Source: Planctomycetota bacterium (lineage in GTDB: Bacteria; Planctomycetota; B15-G4; SIAN01). From it: a stretch of DNA of 64,000 bases. Of this stretch, positions 8,629-19,944 are shown in pieces. Below the pieces are notes generated by a model that was not told where the DNA came from, did no database searches, and was given only the letters and a program-made list of their open reading frames with translations. Every line of letters starts with the position of its first letter. The first letter of the stretch is position 1. The position numbers and the translations under genes are program-made. The DNA lies in contig JANNXA010000055.1 in NCBI GenBank assembly GCA_031409275.1, positions 416,001 to 480,000 of the forward strand. Direction: 5' to 3'.

Positions 8629-10271
8629 CGTGCAGCTCCGCTTGCGGCAACGTCGTCATCGGGCGGCCGCTCGCCATCGAGATCGAGCCCCGCGGCCTTC
8701 CAGCGCTTGGCGCCGATCTTGGTCAGGATCACCAGTCCCAGCGTCACTGCCGCCACGAGGATCAGCGAGTAACCGCCGACCGGCGAGTAGTCGACGTTGC
8801 CGTCGGCGCCCTTGTGGCCAGGCACGAACGCCTTGCCCCACCACCCGCCCAAGGTGTCCTTGGCGGAGAGCACGATCGCCGTCAACAAGTAGGCCGGCGC
8901 GACGAACTTGAGGATGAAGCCCATGAAGCCTGGGATGCGCATCTGCGCGCCTTCCTTCGCTTCCTTCAGGCCGCGGCCGACGCCGAAGAACCAGCCGAAT
9001 GCCACCACCTGGAAGAAGGCGAGCACCACGATCAGGAAGGTGCCGACCCAGTCGTCGATCGTGCTCCAGCCGACCGTGCCGCCCGTGAACCAGAGGCAGT
9101 AGAGGCTGCCGGCCACTGCGGCCGCGGCGACCAGCGCCACCGCCTTCTTGCGCCCGCAACCGAGCGCCTCCTCGACGAACGCGAGCGTCGGCTGCAGCAT
9201 CGACAGCGAGCTCGTGATCGCCGCCAGGAAGAGCATGAAGAACCAGAGCGCGCCGATGAAGTTGCCGCCTGGCATCTGCGCGAAAACGACCGGCAGCGTG
9301 TTGAAGCCGAGTCCGAAGGTGCCTTGTCCGATGATCCCGGTGGCACCCATGAAGATGAACGCGGCGGGGATCGTGATCATCCCGCCGAAGCCAACCTCGA
9401 ACAGCTCGTTGGTGGCGGAGGCGGTCAGCCCCGACAGCACGACGTCATCCTTGCGCTTCATGTAGGAGGCGTAGTTGATGATCACGCCGAAGCCGACCGA
9501 GAGGCTGAAGAAGATCTGCCCGGCCGCGGCGAGCCACGTCTTCGATTCGCCGAGCGCCTCGAAGTTGGGGTTCCACATGTAGGCGAGGCCGGTGCCGACG
9601 TTCTGGTCGGGATGGAGTTCGTTGGCCGGCAGCGTCAGCACGCGGATCAGCACGCCCATCGCGATGATGGCCATCGCCGGCATTGCCCACTTGCAGAAGC
9701 TCTCGATCCCCTTCGAGAGGCCGCGGAAGACGAACCAGACGTTCAAGGCCATCGTGATCAGCCAGAAGAGGAGCACGCCGCCGTGGCCAGCGGAGAAGAG
9801 CTCACCATCCTTGGCGGTGCCGATGAAGCCGTTCCAGAAGTCGCTCGCCTGCTTCGCCTGCGTGACCATCGGCGCGGAGGCGTCGACGCCAATGCCGCCG
9901 GTCAGGTACTTGAAGAAGTAGCCGAGGCACCAGCTCTCGATGAAGACGTAATAGAAGTAGACGCACAACGGGATCAGCACGCCGATCACGCCGATGTAGC
10001 GGAACAGCGGCCCTTTGCCGATGACGCCCATGATCGCGGGCGCCGAGTGGAAGCCCTTGCGGCCGCCGTAGCGCCCCATCGTCCACTCGGCCCACCCGAT
10101 CGGGATGCCAAGGAACAGCAGCGCGCAGAAGTAGGGGATCATGAAGGCGCCGCCGCCATTGGCGGCCGCCTGACCCGGGAAGCGCAGGAAGTTCCCGAGC
10201 CCCACCGCGGATCCGGCGACGGCGAGGATCACTCCCAGCCGACTGCCCCAACCATCCTTCTGCTGTGACAT
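8625..10271 (-). CDS. Sodium-dependent amino-acid transporter, NSS/SLC6 (LeuT-like)
   Basis: WGSRLGVILAVAGSAVGLGNFLRFP, AAGQIFFSLSVGFG, FLAAITSS; about 12 TM. Confidence 0.95.
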   Translation of the reverse strand: MSQQKDGWGSRLGVILAVAGSAVGLGNFLRFPGQAAANGGGAFMIPYFCALLFLGIPIGWAEWTMGRYGGRKGFHSAPAIMGVIGKGPLFRYIGVIGVLIPLCVYFYYVFIESWCLGYFFKYLTGGIGVDASAPMVTQAKQASDFWNGFIGTAKDGELFSAGHGGVLLFWLITMALNVWFVFRGLSKGIESFCKWAMPAMAIIAMGVLIRVLTLPANELHPDQNVGTGLAYMWNPNFEALGESKTWLAAAGQIFFSLSVGFGVIINYASYMKRKDDVVLSGLTASATNELFEVGFGGMITIPAAFIFMGATGIIGQGTFGLGFNTLPVVFAQMPGGNFIGALWFFMLFLAAITSSLSMLQPTLAFVEEALGCGRKKAVALVAAAAVAGSLYCLWFTGGTVGWSTIDDWVGTFLIVVLAFFQVVAFGWFFGVGRGLKEAKEGAQMRIPGFMGFILKFVAPAYLLTAIVLSAKDTLGGWWGKAFVPGHKGADGNVDYSPVGGYSLILVAAVTLGLVILTKIGAKRWKAAGLDLDGERPPDDDVAASGAAR

Positions 10272-10558
10272 GGCGCCCTCTTCGACGTGGAAGCGCGACA
10301 GCGGGGCACGGGCTGACGCGACGGGTGCGCCCGTCGCCAACCGCCCCGACCGATCGCCCACCGCGTTCCCAGAGTCCCCGGGGGCGAAGGGGGCGAACCA
10401 TAGCGCGGCGCCGCCGGGAGGGAATGCGGACCTGCGGTTGCGTCTGCACCGTGGCCATCCGGGATGGCGCAACCATCCGCGGAGGAGGGTCGCCATTCGC
10501 GGGAACCCTCTCTCGGATCAGTTGCGTACGATTTCCCACCACCGTGCGAGAAGCAGCC

Positions 10559-12009
<1,451 letters not shown>

Positions 12010-12013
<4 letters not shown>

Positions 12014-13464
12014 TCCGCGGTGAGACGAGGCTCGACGCGGTCCGCGTCCTGATCGTCGACGACAACCGCGACTTCGCGGAGAACGTCGCGGGACTGGCGC
12101 AACTGCGCGGCCTCGATCCCACCGTCGTCTACGACCGCGCCAGCGCTCTGGCGATCGCCGCCACCGACTCCTTCGACATCGCCATCGTCGACCAGAAGCT
12201 CCCCGACGGCCGCGGCACCGAGTTGCTCGCCGAACTGCGCAACCTGATGCCCGATCTGGTGACCATGGTGGTCACCGCGTTCGTCTCGATCGAGAACTCG
12301 CTGGCCGCGCTGCGCGAAGGAGCGTTCGCGTTCGTTGGCAAGGACTGCGAGCCCAGCGAACTCGTCGAGACCATCGCTCGCGCGGCCGAGAACGCGCGCC
12401 TGCGCCGCGAGAATCGCGCGCTGCGCCAGCTTCATGAGGCGACGCTGCTCGCGATCCCCGACTTCTTGTTGCTGGTCGATCGCGCCGGCCTGGTCGAAAG
12501 CGTCAATCGCACCCACGCCGCGCTCTGTCCCGGCCCGCCGCAGCTCGCGATCGGCCGGCCGCTCGACGACATCGTCGCGCCTTTCGTGCGCGAGCAGAGT
12601 TCGCTGCTCGATTGGCTCGATCGAGTCCGCAGCGGGGCCGCGACCGCGGAACGAACCCTCGAATGCCCCGATGTTGCCGGCGTTCCGCTCATCGTCGGGC
12701 TGCGCGCAGTCGCGCTCGAGTCGGATTCCGAGCCGTTGGTGCTGCTGCGTGCCGTCGATCTCACGGAACGGATCTCGCTCGAGCGGCGCCTCTCCGAGTC
12801 CGAGCACCTCGCCGCGCTCGGCCGCCTGGTCTCCTCGATCGCGCACGACCTGCGCAACCCCTTGGCCGGCATTCGCGCGCTGACCCAGCTCCTGCGCCGC
12901 TCCGCCGGCGAGTCGCCGCGCGATGCCGAGAACCTCGACGAGATCGTCGGGCTTGCCGATCGCATGAACGCGACGCTCTCCGACCTGCTCGACTTCGCCC
13001 GTCCGGGTACGCGACGCGAACAGCCGCTGCAGCTTGCCGAGCTGCTGAGCGCCGTGGTGGTCGAAGCGCGTCGGTGGCCCGTCGCCAACGGTCACACGAT
13101 CGAACTCGACCTTGCTCCCAAGGCAGCCGTCGTACGCGGGGTGCGCGAGCGCGTCGAAGGGCTCTTCGCCAACCTGATCGACAACGCGCTGCAGGCCGCG
13201 CCCGTCGGCGGACACATCCGGCTGGCGCTCGACGTCGACTCGGCGGACGCCGAAATTGCCGTGGAGGACGACGGTCCTGGCATCGCCGCCGACGTGCTGC
13301 CGCGCCTGTTCCAGCCCTTCGTCACCACCAAGACGCGCGGTACCGGGCTTGGTCTTTCCATCGTGAAGAAGAACGTCGACGCGCTCGGCGGAACGGTGGT
13401 CGTCGACCGCTCGCCGAAACTCGGTGGCGCCCGCTTCCGCGTTCGCTTGCCGCTGCGGGCCTGA
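12010..13464 (+). CDS. Cytoplasmic hybrid kinase: REC - PAS-like - HisKA - HATPase
   Basis: VLIVDDN, IAIVDQKLPD, AHDLRNPL, NLIDNA, DDGPGI, GTGLGL. GTGA overlap with the activator; no TM. Confidence 0.92.
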
Positions 13465-13489
13465 GCGCGCCGCAGCCGGCGCCGCGCCG

Positions 13490-14662
13490 TCAGGGCGTCA
13501 TCTGCGGCAGCAGGATGGTGAAGATCGTCCCCTTGCCGAGCGTCGAACTCACCGTGATGCGGCCGCCGTGCGCCGCGACGAGGTCGCGCGTGATCGAGAG
13601 GCCAAGCCCGGTGCCGATCGCTCGGGTGGTGAACAGCGGCTCGAAGATCCGCTCGCGATTCTCCGCGGCGATGCCCGGCCCGTCGTCCGAAACCACCAGC
13701 ACCACGCCGAGCGGATCGCGGCGCGCACGCATCGACACCTTGCCGCCGACCTTCTGCTCGCGAATCGCCTCGCACGCGTTGCGCAGCAGGTTCGCCAGCC
13801 CCTGCGCCAGCTGCGCCGGATCGGCGTGGACCGACGCATCCGGCGGATCGCAGCGCACTTCGACTTCGATGCCCTCGCACTCCTCGACCATTCCCCGCGC
13901 GTCCTCGAGCAGCGCCGCCAGCGCGACGGTGCGCAGCGCCGGCTGCTTGGTGCGCGCGAAGTCGAGCAGCTGCGAGGCGAGGCGAGCGGCCTGGCGCGAG
14001 CCGCGTTCGATGCGGCCGAGGTGCGTGACCAGGGCGGGGCGCGCCGGCCCCGTGTCGAGCTTCTCGAGTTCGCGGTGGAGCAGGTGCAGGCTGGTGTTGA
14101 TGACGCCGAGCGGGTTCTTCAATTCGTGGCTGACGCTTGCCGCAAGCTGCCCGAGCGTGCCGAGCCGCTCCGCTTGCCGGACGCGCGCCTGGTGCAGCTC
14201 GAGGTAGCTCTCCAGCATGATCGCGAGCTCGAGGTCGAGCACCTTGTTCAGCGCTGCGAGCAACGGCGCGAGCGGGACCTGCTGCGCGTGCGCCACTTCG
14301 ATGGCGAACTCGGTCAGCTGCGGGCGCATGCGTCCGATCGCGAGCAACCCGAAGCGCTGCGGAAGGCCGACCTCGACGTGGCGCTGGCCGATGCGGGAAC
14401 GCATCTCGAACCAGCGCAGGTCGTGCGGCCCGCCGATCATCGAGATCGCCCACTCGCGCAGCGACTGCTTCAAGCGCGCGAGCTGCGCGGCGTCGACCAG
14501 CACGGCCCGCGCCTCGTCATGGCGCTGGATCTCGGAGTAGAAGTCCTCGACCAGCGCGTCGAGCACCCGCGGCAGCGTCGGCAGCAGTCGCGCCAGCTCC
14601 GCCGAATCGGCTTCGCCAAAGCCGATGTAGCTGCGGATCTGCTCGAAGAAGGCGCGGTCCAT
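13490..14662 (-). CDS. Globin-coupled sensor histidine kinase (protoglobin-type haem domain + HisKA + HATPase; AfGcHK-like)
   Basis: YIGFGEAD, EDFY (distal Tyr42), RIGQRH (proximal His95), VGLPQ, NKVLDLELAIML, SHELKNPL, DDGPGI, GTGLGL. Confidence 0.92.
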   Translation of the reverse strand: MDRAFFEQIRSYIGFGEADSAELARLLPTLPRVLDALVEDFYSEIQRHDEARAVLVDAAQLARLKQSLREWAISMIGGPHDLRWFEMRSRIGQRHVEVGLPQRFGLLAIGRMRPQLTEFAIEVAHAQQVPLAPLLAALNKVLDLELAIMLESYLELHQARVRQAERLGTLGQLAASVSHELKNPLGVINTSLHLLHRELEKLDTGPARPALVTHLGRIERGSRQAARLASQLLDFARTKQPALRTVALAALLEDARGMVEECEGIEVEVRCDPPDASVHADPAQLAQGLANLLRNACEAIREQKVGGKVSMRARRDPLGVVLVVSDDGPGIAAENRERIFEPLFTTRAIGTGLGLSITRDLVAAHGGRITVSSTLGKGTIFTILLPQMTP

Positions 14663-14669
14663 CGCCACT

Positions 14670-15455
14670 TCAGGCCTTCCGCGACAGGAGCTTCTCGCGA
14701 ACTTCCGCCAGCTTCTCCTGCGCCGGCGGCGAGAACCAAAGGTCGACCCACGCCTCCTGCTGCTGGTCGTGGCGATTGCGGATGCGCAGCAGCACCGGAT
14801 CGCGCGCCGCGGCCTTGGTGAAGTGCAGCGCGACCGCCGGATGGCGCGACCACTGGCGCAGCCGCTCGAGCGCCACCTCGACCACCTTGTCCGCATCGGC
14901 GAGCTCGTCGGCGAGCCCGAGCGCGAGTGCACCGTCACCGACGTGCGTCTGGCCGCCGTAGACCACCTGCGCCCACGCTGCCGGCGTCAGCGCCGCTCGC
15001 GTGATCTCGAGGCCGGCCTGCGGCAGCGGGAGACCGAGCGTGATCTCGGTGAGGCCGACGCGCGCCTCGCCGCGCGCCAGCACGCGCCAGTCGGCGCACA
15101 ACGCCAGCAGACAACCGCCGGCGACCGCGTGTCCATTCAGTGCGGCGATCACCGGGCGCGGCCAGACGTAGAGCGACGCGAAGAGTCCCTGCAGGCGATC
15201 GAGGAAGAGCATCATTCCGGCGCGATCGAGCTTCTCGAGCGCCAGCAAGTCGAGCCCAGTCGAGAAGAACCGGCCATCGCCGGTGATCACCAACCCGCGC
15301 GCCTCCTCGGCCACGTCGGGCCGGCGCAGCACTTCGAGCAGCTCTTCGACCAGCGCCGGCGACAGGGCATTGCCCTTTCCCGCCTGGATGCGCAACACGA
15401 CGAGGTCGTCGTGCTTCTCGACGGCGACTCGCTGCGTTTCGGCTCGTTCGCTCAT
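14670..15455 (-). CDS. Enoyl-CoA hydratase/isomerase (crotonase) family protein
   Basis: FSTGLDL, AALNGHAVAGGC, VGLTEITLGL. Confidence 0.93.
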   Translation of the reverse strand: MSERAETQRVAVEKHDDLVVLRIQAGKGNALSPALVEELLEVLRRPDVAEEARGLVITGDGRFFSTGLDLLALEKLDRAGMMLFLDRLQGLFASLYVWPRPVIAALNGHAVAGGCLLALCADWRVLARGEARVGLTEITLGLPLPQAGLEITRAALTPAAWAQVVYGGQTHVGDGALALGLADELADADKVVEVALERLRQWSRHPAVALHFTKAAARDPVLLRIRNRHDQQQEAWVDLWFSPPAQEKLAEVREKLLSRKA

Positions 15456-15486
15456 GGACGCTCTCCGCCGCAGCGTGCGTGCCGCG

Positions 15487-16104
15487 TCATGTGGTCAGCA
15501 ACGCCGCCGCCAGGGTGACGCCCCAGCCGAGCAACGTTCCGGCGATGCGCTGCGCTTCCTTGCGCAGCGCGTGCTTCACCTCGGCCCGCGGCGCGTCGGC
15601 GTCGGCCGCCACGGCGAACAGTCGCGGGATCCAGCGCGGCACCCGTTTCTTGAAGTCGCGATAGCTGTCGCCGAAGTTGCGCTCGAGCACCGCCTCTTCG
15701 CTGCGGATCACGCCCGAATAGAAGAGCAGGAGCGCGAGCAGGAAGGCCGCGGCGCCGATCGCGTCCGTCGCGGCGAGCGCGAGTCCGACCGCGATCGAGA
15801 CGTTGCCCACGTAGAGCGGGTTGCGGACGCGGCAATAGGGACCGAAGACGATCAGGCGATGGGCCTGGATGCGCCGCGTGTCGGAGCCGCGCGTGAAGTA
15901 GCAACGTGCCCACACGCGAAAGAAGACGCCGAAGAGAACGATCGGCAGCGCGGCGAGCGCGTAACGCAACTGCGGCGCCAATGGCCACTTCCACGCCAGC
16001 AGGGCGCCGCCGAAGGCGATCACGCCCCAGCCGCGCCAGCGAAACAGCCAGTCCTTCAGGCCTCCCGCCGCGGGCGCGGCCGGCACCGGAACGCTCTCGC
16101 CCAT
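15487..16104 (-). CDS. Isoprenylcysteine carboxyl methyltransferase / PEMT-like membrane methyltransferase
   Basis: LIVFGPYCRVRNPLYVG and EEAVLERNFGDSYRDFKKRVPRWIP. Confidence 0.88.
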   Translation of the reverse strand: MGESVPVPAAPAAGGLKDWLFRWRGWGVIAFGGALLAWKWPLAPQLRYALAALPIVLFGVFFRVWARCYFTRGSDTRRIQAHRLIVFGPYCRVRNPLYVGNVSIAVGLALAATDAIGAAAFLLALLLFYSGVIRSEEAVLERNFGDSYRDFKKRVPRWIPRLFAVAADADAPRAEVKHALRKEAQRIAGTLLGWGVTLAAALLTT

Positions 16105-16153
16105 GCATCTCGCCTCGGAGTTTCGCCATCGTGACACGGCTCCGTGCCGCGCC

Positions 16154-17281
16154 TCACTCTCGCGGCGTGCCGTCGAGTTCCGCGAGGCGACGCGCCGACG
16201 CCGCGAAGCGCACCTCCAGGCGGGCGAGCGTCGCGGCGAATCCGGCTCGGGAGAATACCGAGCGCACGAGCGGCCCGATGCAACGCGTCGGCGTCACTTC
16301 CTCGTCCGCAGTGACGATCGGCAGCGCCAGCCGCTTCGCAGTCCCCTGCCAGAACGCCAGCGTGAACTGCGCCATCAAGAGCGCGCCGGCGCGGGCGAGC
16401 GATCGGCGCGGACTCGGGATGCCCGCCATGAACGGCGCGAATGCGACGCCGCGGGTGAGGCCAAGACGCAGCAGGCGTCGTCGCGCCTGCACGATCGCGG
16501 CGGGCCGCTCCGCCGCCGAGGCGCGTGCCGTCTCTGGCAGGTAGTGGATGCCAAGCGCCGTGTCCTTCTCGAGGTCGCGGGCCACGTTGGCGAGCTGGAC
16601 CGATTCGCCCACTGCAGCCGCGAGCGCCACTCGATCCGGCGGCAGGTCGATCGGCAGCCCCATCGCGCTGCGCTGCGCTTCTTCGGCGAAGACCATCGGC
16701 TGCCCCAGCACCGCGAAGCAGTAGCGCGCGAGCTGCTCCTCGTCGCGCAGCGCGCCGCCCTGCGCCGCGAAGGTGCGCACCGCCCAGATCATCCCCTCGC
16801 CCATGCGACTCACCAGGCGCACGACCACCTCGCGTTGCGAAATCGACAGCGTGTGGAAGAAGGCGTCGACGAGCGCCGCGCGACGCAGCAGCAGCAGGTA
16901 GACCTCGTCGCGAGCATCGTGAGCGACCGCTCCGTCGAGCGCCGGCGGCGCGGACAACGGCGCGGCGCCGTCGTGCGCGACGTTCGCGAAGCGGTCGACG
17001 AAGGCCGCGAGCGCCGTCTCCTTCGCGAGCACCCCCGGCGCGAGGTCCTCGCAGGTGTCGAGCATGCGGCAGTAGCAGTAGGCGACCGCAAGCGTGCGCG
17101 CGAGCGGCCGCGGCAGCACGGCGATGGAGAAGGAGAAGCTGCGCGCGGCATACGGCAGGATCCCCCAGACGAAACGCTCGGGGTCCTCCTGCGCCGCGAG
17201 CGCCGCCAGCGGCGGATGGTGGCGATCGGCGCGCACGTTCTCGAACAGGCGACGCGCGACGTGAAGGGCGGCATCGATCAA
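16154..17281 (-). CDS. Squalene/phytoene synthase family; single-enzyme squalene synthase-like
   Basis: ARSF flap, RMLDTCED, YCFAVLG, QLANVARDLEKD, HYLP. TTG start overlaps the upstream stop. Confidence 0.88.
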   Translation of the reverse strand: MIDAALHVARRLFENVRADRHHPPLAALAAQEDPERFVWGILPYAARSFSFSIAVLPRPLARTLAVAYCYCRMLDTCEDLAPGVLAKETALAAFVDRFANVAHDGAAPLSAPPALDGAVAHDARDEVYLLLLRRAALVDAFFHTLSISQREVVVRLVSRMGEGMIWAVRTFAAQGGALRDEEQLARYCFAVLGQPMVFAEEAQRSAMGLPIDLPPDRVALAAAVGESVQLANVARDLEKDTALGIHYLPETARASAAERPAAIVQARRRLLRLGLTRGVAFAPFMAGIPSPRRSLARAGALLMAQFTLAFWQGTAKRLALPIVTADEEVTPTRCIGPLVRSVFSRAGFAATLARLEVRFAASARRLAELDGTPRE

Positions 17282-18702
17282 GGATCGAGGTCCTTCAGCA
17301 ACTTGGCGTAGGCCTCAAAACCGCTCTCGCGCCCCTTCCTCCACGCTGCGATCAACGTCGTGGCGCGCGCCGCCTCCTTCTTTGGCAGCTTCGCCGCCGC
17401 ATCGCCCGCCGCGAACTGTTCCACCTTCTTCAGCACGTCGAGGATGTAGGCGTTGCGCCAGCCGGACTCGAGCAGCTCGAGGCCCGACTTCATCGCCTTC
17501 GCTGGGTCCTTCTCCGCCTGCTGCCAGAACTCGCGCGCTCCATCGGTCGCCACCTTCTCCATCGCCGCAAGCTCCGCGGCGTGCGCCTTGCACCACGCGC
17601 TGCAGGCGGTCACTCCGTCGAAGTCCTCGAGGAAGCGCGTCGCCATCCCGAGCCACTCCGCGCCACCCGCCTTCGTGAGCTTCTCCTTGCCGAGGCTCTT
17701 GTCGATCGCCGCCGCGATGGCGCTGGCGCACTTGTCGACCGCCGCCTTCGCTCGGGTCGCGGCCGCCTTCTGCGCCGACGTCGCGCCCGCAAACGACTCG
17801 AGCCGCGATGCCGCTGCGTGCAGCGCCGCGGGATCGATGCCGCCGTTCGCTTTCGAGTCGGAGAGGGTGGCGACCGCGTCCGCGATGCGCGCGGGGTCGT
17901 CGCTCGTCATCGCTTCGCACCACGCCAGCTCGTTCTGCGCCTGCTGCCAGTTCGGGGCGTGCGGCCAGCCCCACAGCGTGCGCAGGTGCACCAGCGGATA
18001 GCCGGCGTCGCGATAGGCGCTGCGACCCGCCACGCTTTGGCCCCACGGCACGTTGGCGTCGTCGGTGCCGTGCAGGAACGCGATCGCCTGGCCGTGGTTG
18101 GCCTTGGCGAGCTTGGACGACATCCACAAGGCGCCCGCATGGCCGACCACGCCGTCGACGTCCTTCGGGTATTCGCCGGCAAATTCGTAGACGAAGAAGG
18201 AGCCCTGGCTGTGGCCGTAGAGGAAGGTCTGGCGCACCTTGAACAGCGCCTTCAGTTCCTCCAGCACGGCATGCACCGCGGTGCACGATTCGCGGCCGGC
18301 GACGAACTCGAACGCTCCGGTCGACTCGAGCTTCACCGTGCCTTCGAGCGACACGACGATGTCGTCGGGCCGGAACTCGCCGGGCGGATGGTTCCAGAAC
18401 GTCCAACGGTAGTCGAGGCCGTTGCCGTGGAGCACGGCGGTGAGGTTCGCGCCGATCTTCGGGTCGTAGCTTTTCGGGACGTAGTACTCGTAGGGCGAGC
18501 CTGCCGCCGACTTCCATTGGTAGACCGTGCCGGTGCTCTTCGGGGACGGCGCCTTCGATTCGCGCTCGTCGTCGGCGATCGCTGTGGCGCTCGCCGGCCT
18601 CGACACGATCAGCGTGGCCAGCAGCAGCGAAGTGCAGCGGAGCAGCACCTTCGAGCAGCTGCGAACATGGTCGGCGATCGATTCGATCCTCGAACTCGAC
18701 AT
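17278..18702 (-). CDS. Exported alpha/beta-hydrolase (esterase-like) with a helical C-terminal extension
   Basis: LHGNG, GHSQG nucleophile elbow, HGTDD, WPH. Hydrophobic signal; the true start may be GTG near 18648. Confidence 0.82.
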   Translation of the reverse strand: MSSSRIESIADHVRSCSKVLLRCTSLLLATLIVSRPASATAIADDERESKAPSPKSTGTVYQWKSAAGSPYEYYVPKSYDPKIGANLTAVLHGNGLDYRWTFWNHPPGEFRPDDIVVSLEGTVKLESTGAFEFVAGRESCTAVHAVLEELKALFKVRQTFLYGHSQGSFFVYEFAGEYPKDVDGVVGHAGALWMSSKLAKANHGQAIAFLHGTDDANVPWGQSVAGRSAYRDAGYPLVHLRTLWGWPHAPNWQQAQNELAWCEAMTSDDPARIADAVATLSDSKANGGIDPAALHAAASRLESFAGATSAQKAAATRAKAAVDKCASAIAAAIDKSLGKEKLTKAGGAEWLGMATRFLEDFDGVTACSAWCKAHAAELAAMEKVATDGAREFWQQAEKDPAKAMKSGLELLESGWRNAYILDVLKKVEQFAAGDAAAKLPKKEAARATTLIAAWRKGRESGFEAYAKLLKDLDP

Positions 18703-18760
18703 GACTTGGATCCCTGAGCGCCGGCAGATCGTCTCGCCGCCGCGTGCGGAGAGCTCGACG

Positions 18761-18989
18761 GGGCGTGTCAGAAATAGTCAATCAAGCGGCCGCCGTCGAC
18801 GCGGTCACGCGATTGCAACGGCGCGGCACCTGCGCAGCAAGGGGGGCGTTCCAGGCCAGCCGCAGCAGGTCGGCCACCCACGCCTCGAGCGACCAGATGC
18901 TCCGAGCGGTCGCCCGACCTCTCCGCGCCGCGAGGCCGCAACGCAGACGCGAGCCAGCGCCCGCGGCCGGAACAGAACTTGACCCGCTC
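18761..18989. other. Structured intergenic element with imperfect terminal inverted repeats (MITE-like or ncRNA)
   Basis: GGGCGTGTCA...TGACCCGCTC (8/10 inverted). Nested stems AGGTCGG/CCGACCT and GCGACC/GGTCGC. Confidence 0.3.
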
Positions 18990-19034
18990 TCCTCGCAGCG
19001 CGAGAGTCGCGCCGCTCGGAAGCGGCAAGGAGCC

Positions 19035-19841
19035 ATGGTCCAGATCTGTCGCAAACTTCGGCTCGGGCTCATCTGGAGCGCGCTCGTTGCGCCGCTCTCA
19101 CTCGTCTCTTGTGGCGACGAAGCGGGCGCTCCACCTCCATGGTCGGAGCCCTCGGTGCTGGCGAGCGGCGTCGTCGTACGCGATGCCGAACTCGGCAGTG
19201 GCGAGCCGCTGATCGATGGCGAGTGGTTCGCGATCCACTACGACTGCCGCATCGCCGCCATCGGCACCGAGCCAGGACCGCCGTTGCCTTACGACAGCAC
19301 GCGGCGCGGCGAACCATTCGTCGCGCGGATCGGCGGCAATCACCTGCTGCCGGGCTTCGCGGATGGCGTCCGCGGGATGCGGGTCGGAGGTCATCGCCAG
19401 ATCGTGGTTCCGCCGGCGCAGGCGCATGGCGCGCGCGGCCGCGGACAGGTGCCTCCCGACGCGACGCTCGAATACGAGCTCTGGATGGTGGCGCGCTTCG
19501 AGCGTCACGCCAACGGCAGCTGGCAGCGCGTGCTCGTCGCCGGTTCAGGCACGCCGCCGCGCGCCGGCGACCAGGTGACGATCGACCAGCGGTCGTGGAC
19601 CTTCGAGGGCCAGCGCCTGCTCACCGACAGTCGCGAAGCGGGCGAGCTCTCCTTCGTGCTCGGACGCGGCGCGGCGCTGCCGGGACTCGAAGCGGCCTTG
19701 CTCGAGATGTCCCCGCGCGAGCGACGCCAGCTCGTGCTGCCCGCCGAACTCGCCTACGGCCCGCTGGGAGTGGGCATCGAGCTGCTGCCCGGGCAGGAGC
19801 TGTTGATGGAGGTCGAACTGACGCGCATCGCGCCTCGCTGA
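19035..19841 (+). CDS. Two-domain FKBP-type peptidyl-prolyl isomerase, lipoprotein
   Basis: AAGGAG RBS, LVSC lipobox, GMRVGGHRQIVVPP..AHG and LVLPAELAYG FKBP motifs. Confidence 0.9.
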   Translation: MVQICRKLRLGLIWSALVAPLSLVSCGDEAGAPPPWSEPSVLASGVVVRDAELGSGEPLIDGEWFAIHYDCRIAAIGTEPGPPLPYDSTRRGEPFVARIGGNHLLPGFADGVRGMRVGGHRQIVVPPAQAHGARGRGQVPPDATLEYELWMVARFERHANGSWQRVLVAGSGTPPRAGDQVTIDQRSWTFEGQRLLTDSREAGELSFVLGRGAALPGLEAALLEMSPRERRQLVLPAELAYGPLGVGIELLPGQELLMEVELTRIAPR

Positions 19842-19944
19842 CCAGCGTGGCGCGCGGACGGTCCCTTGCACGCCCTTCGTGAATCGGCAGACTCCAGCGC
19901 CGGGCACCTGCTTCGAGGGCGCGCGGCGAAAGGAGCGCTCTCGG

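Noticed and set aside
10272..10558. Amino-acid or SAM riboswitch ahead of the NSS transporter
   Set aside because: Several GC-rich hairpins are present but I could not match conserved SAM, glycine, lysine or T-box cores; an Infernal scan would settle it.
18824..18839. Third sigma-54 motif CGGCACCTGCGCAGCA
   Set aside because: GG-N10-GC spacing holds but the -12 element lacks the T residues and it is about 200 bp from the next gene; likely chance at high GC.
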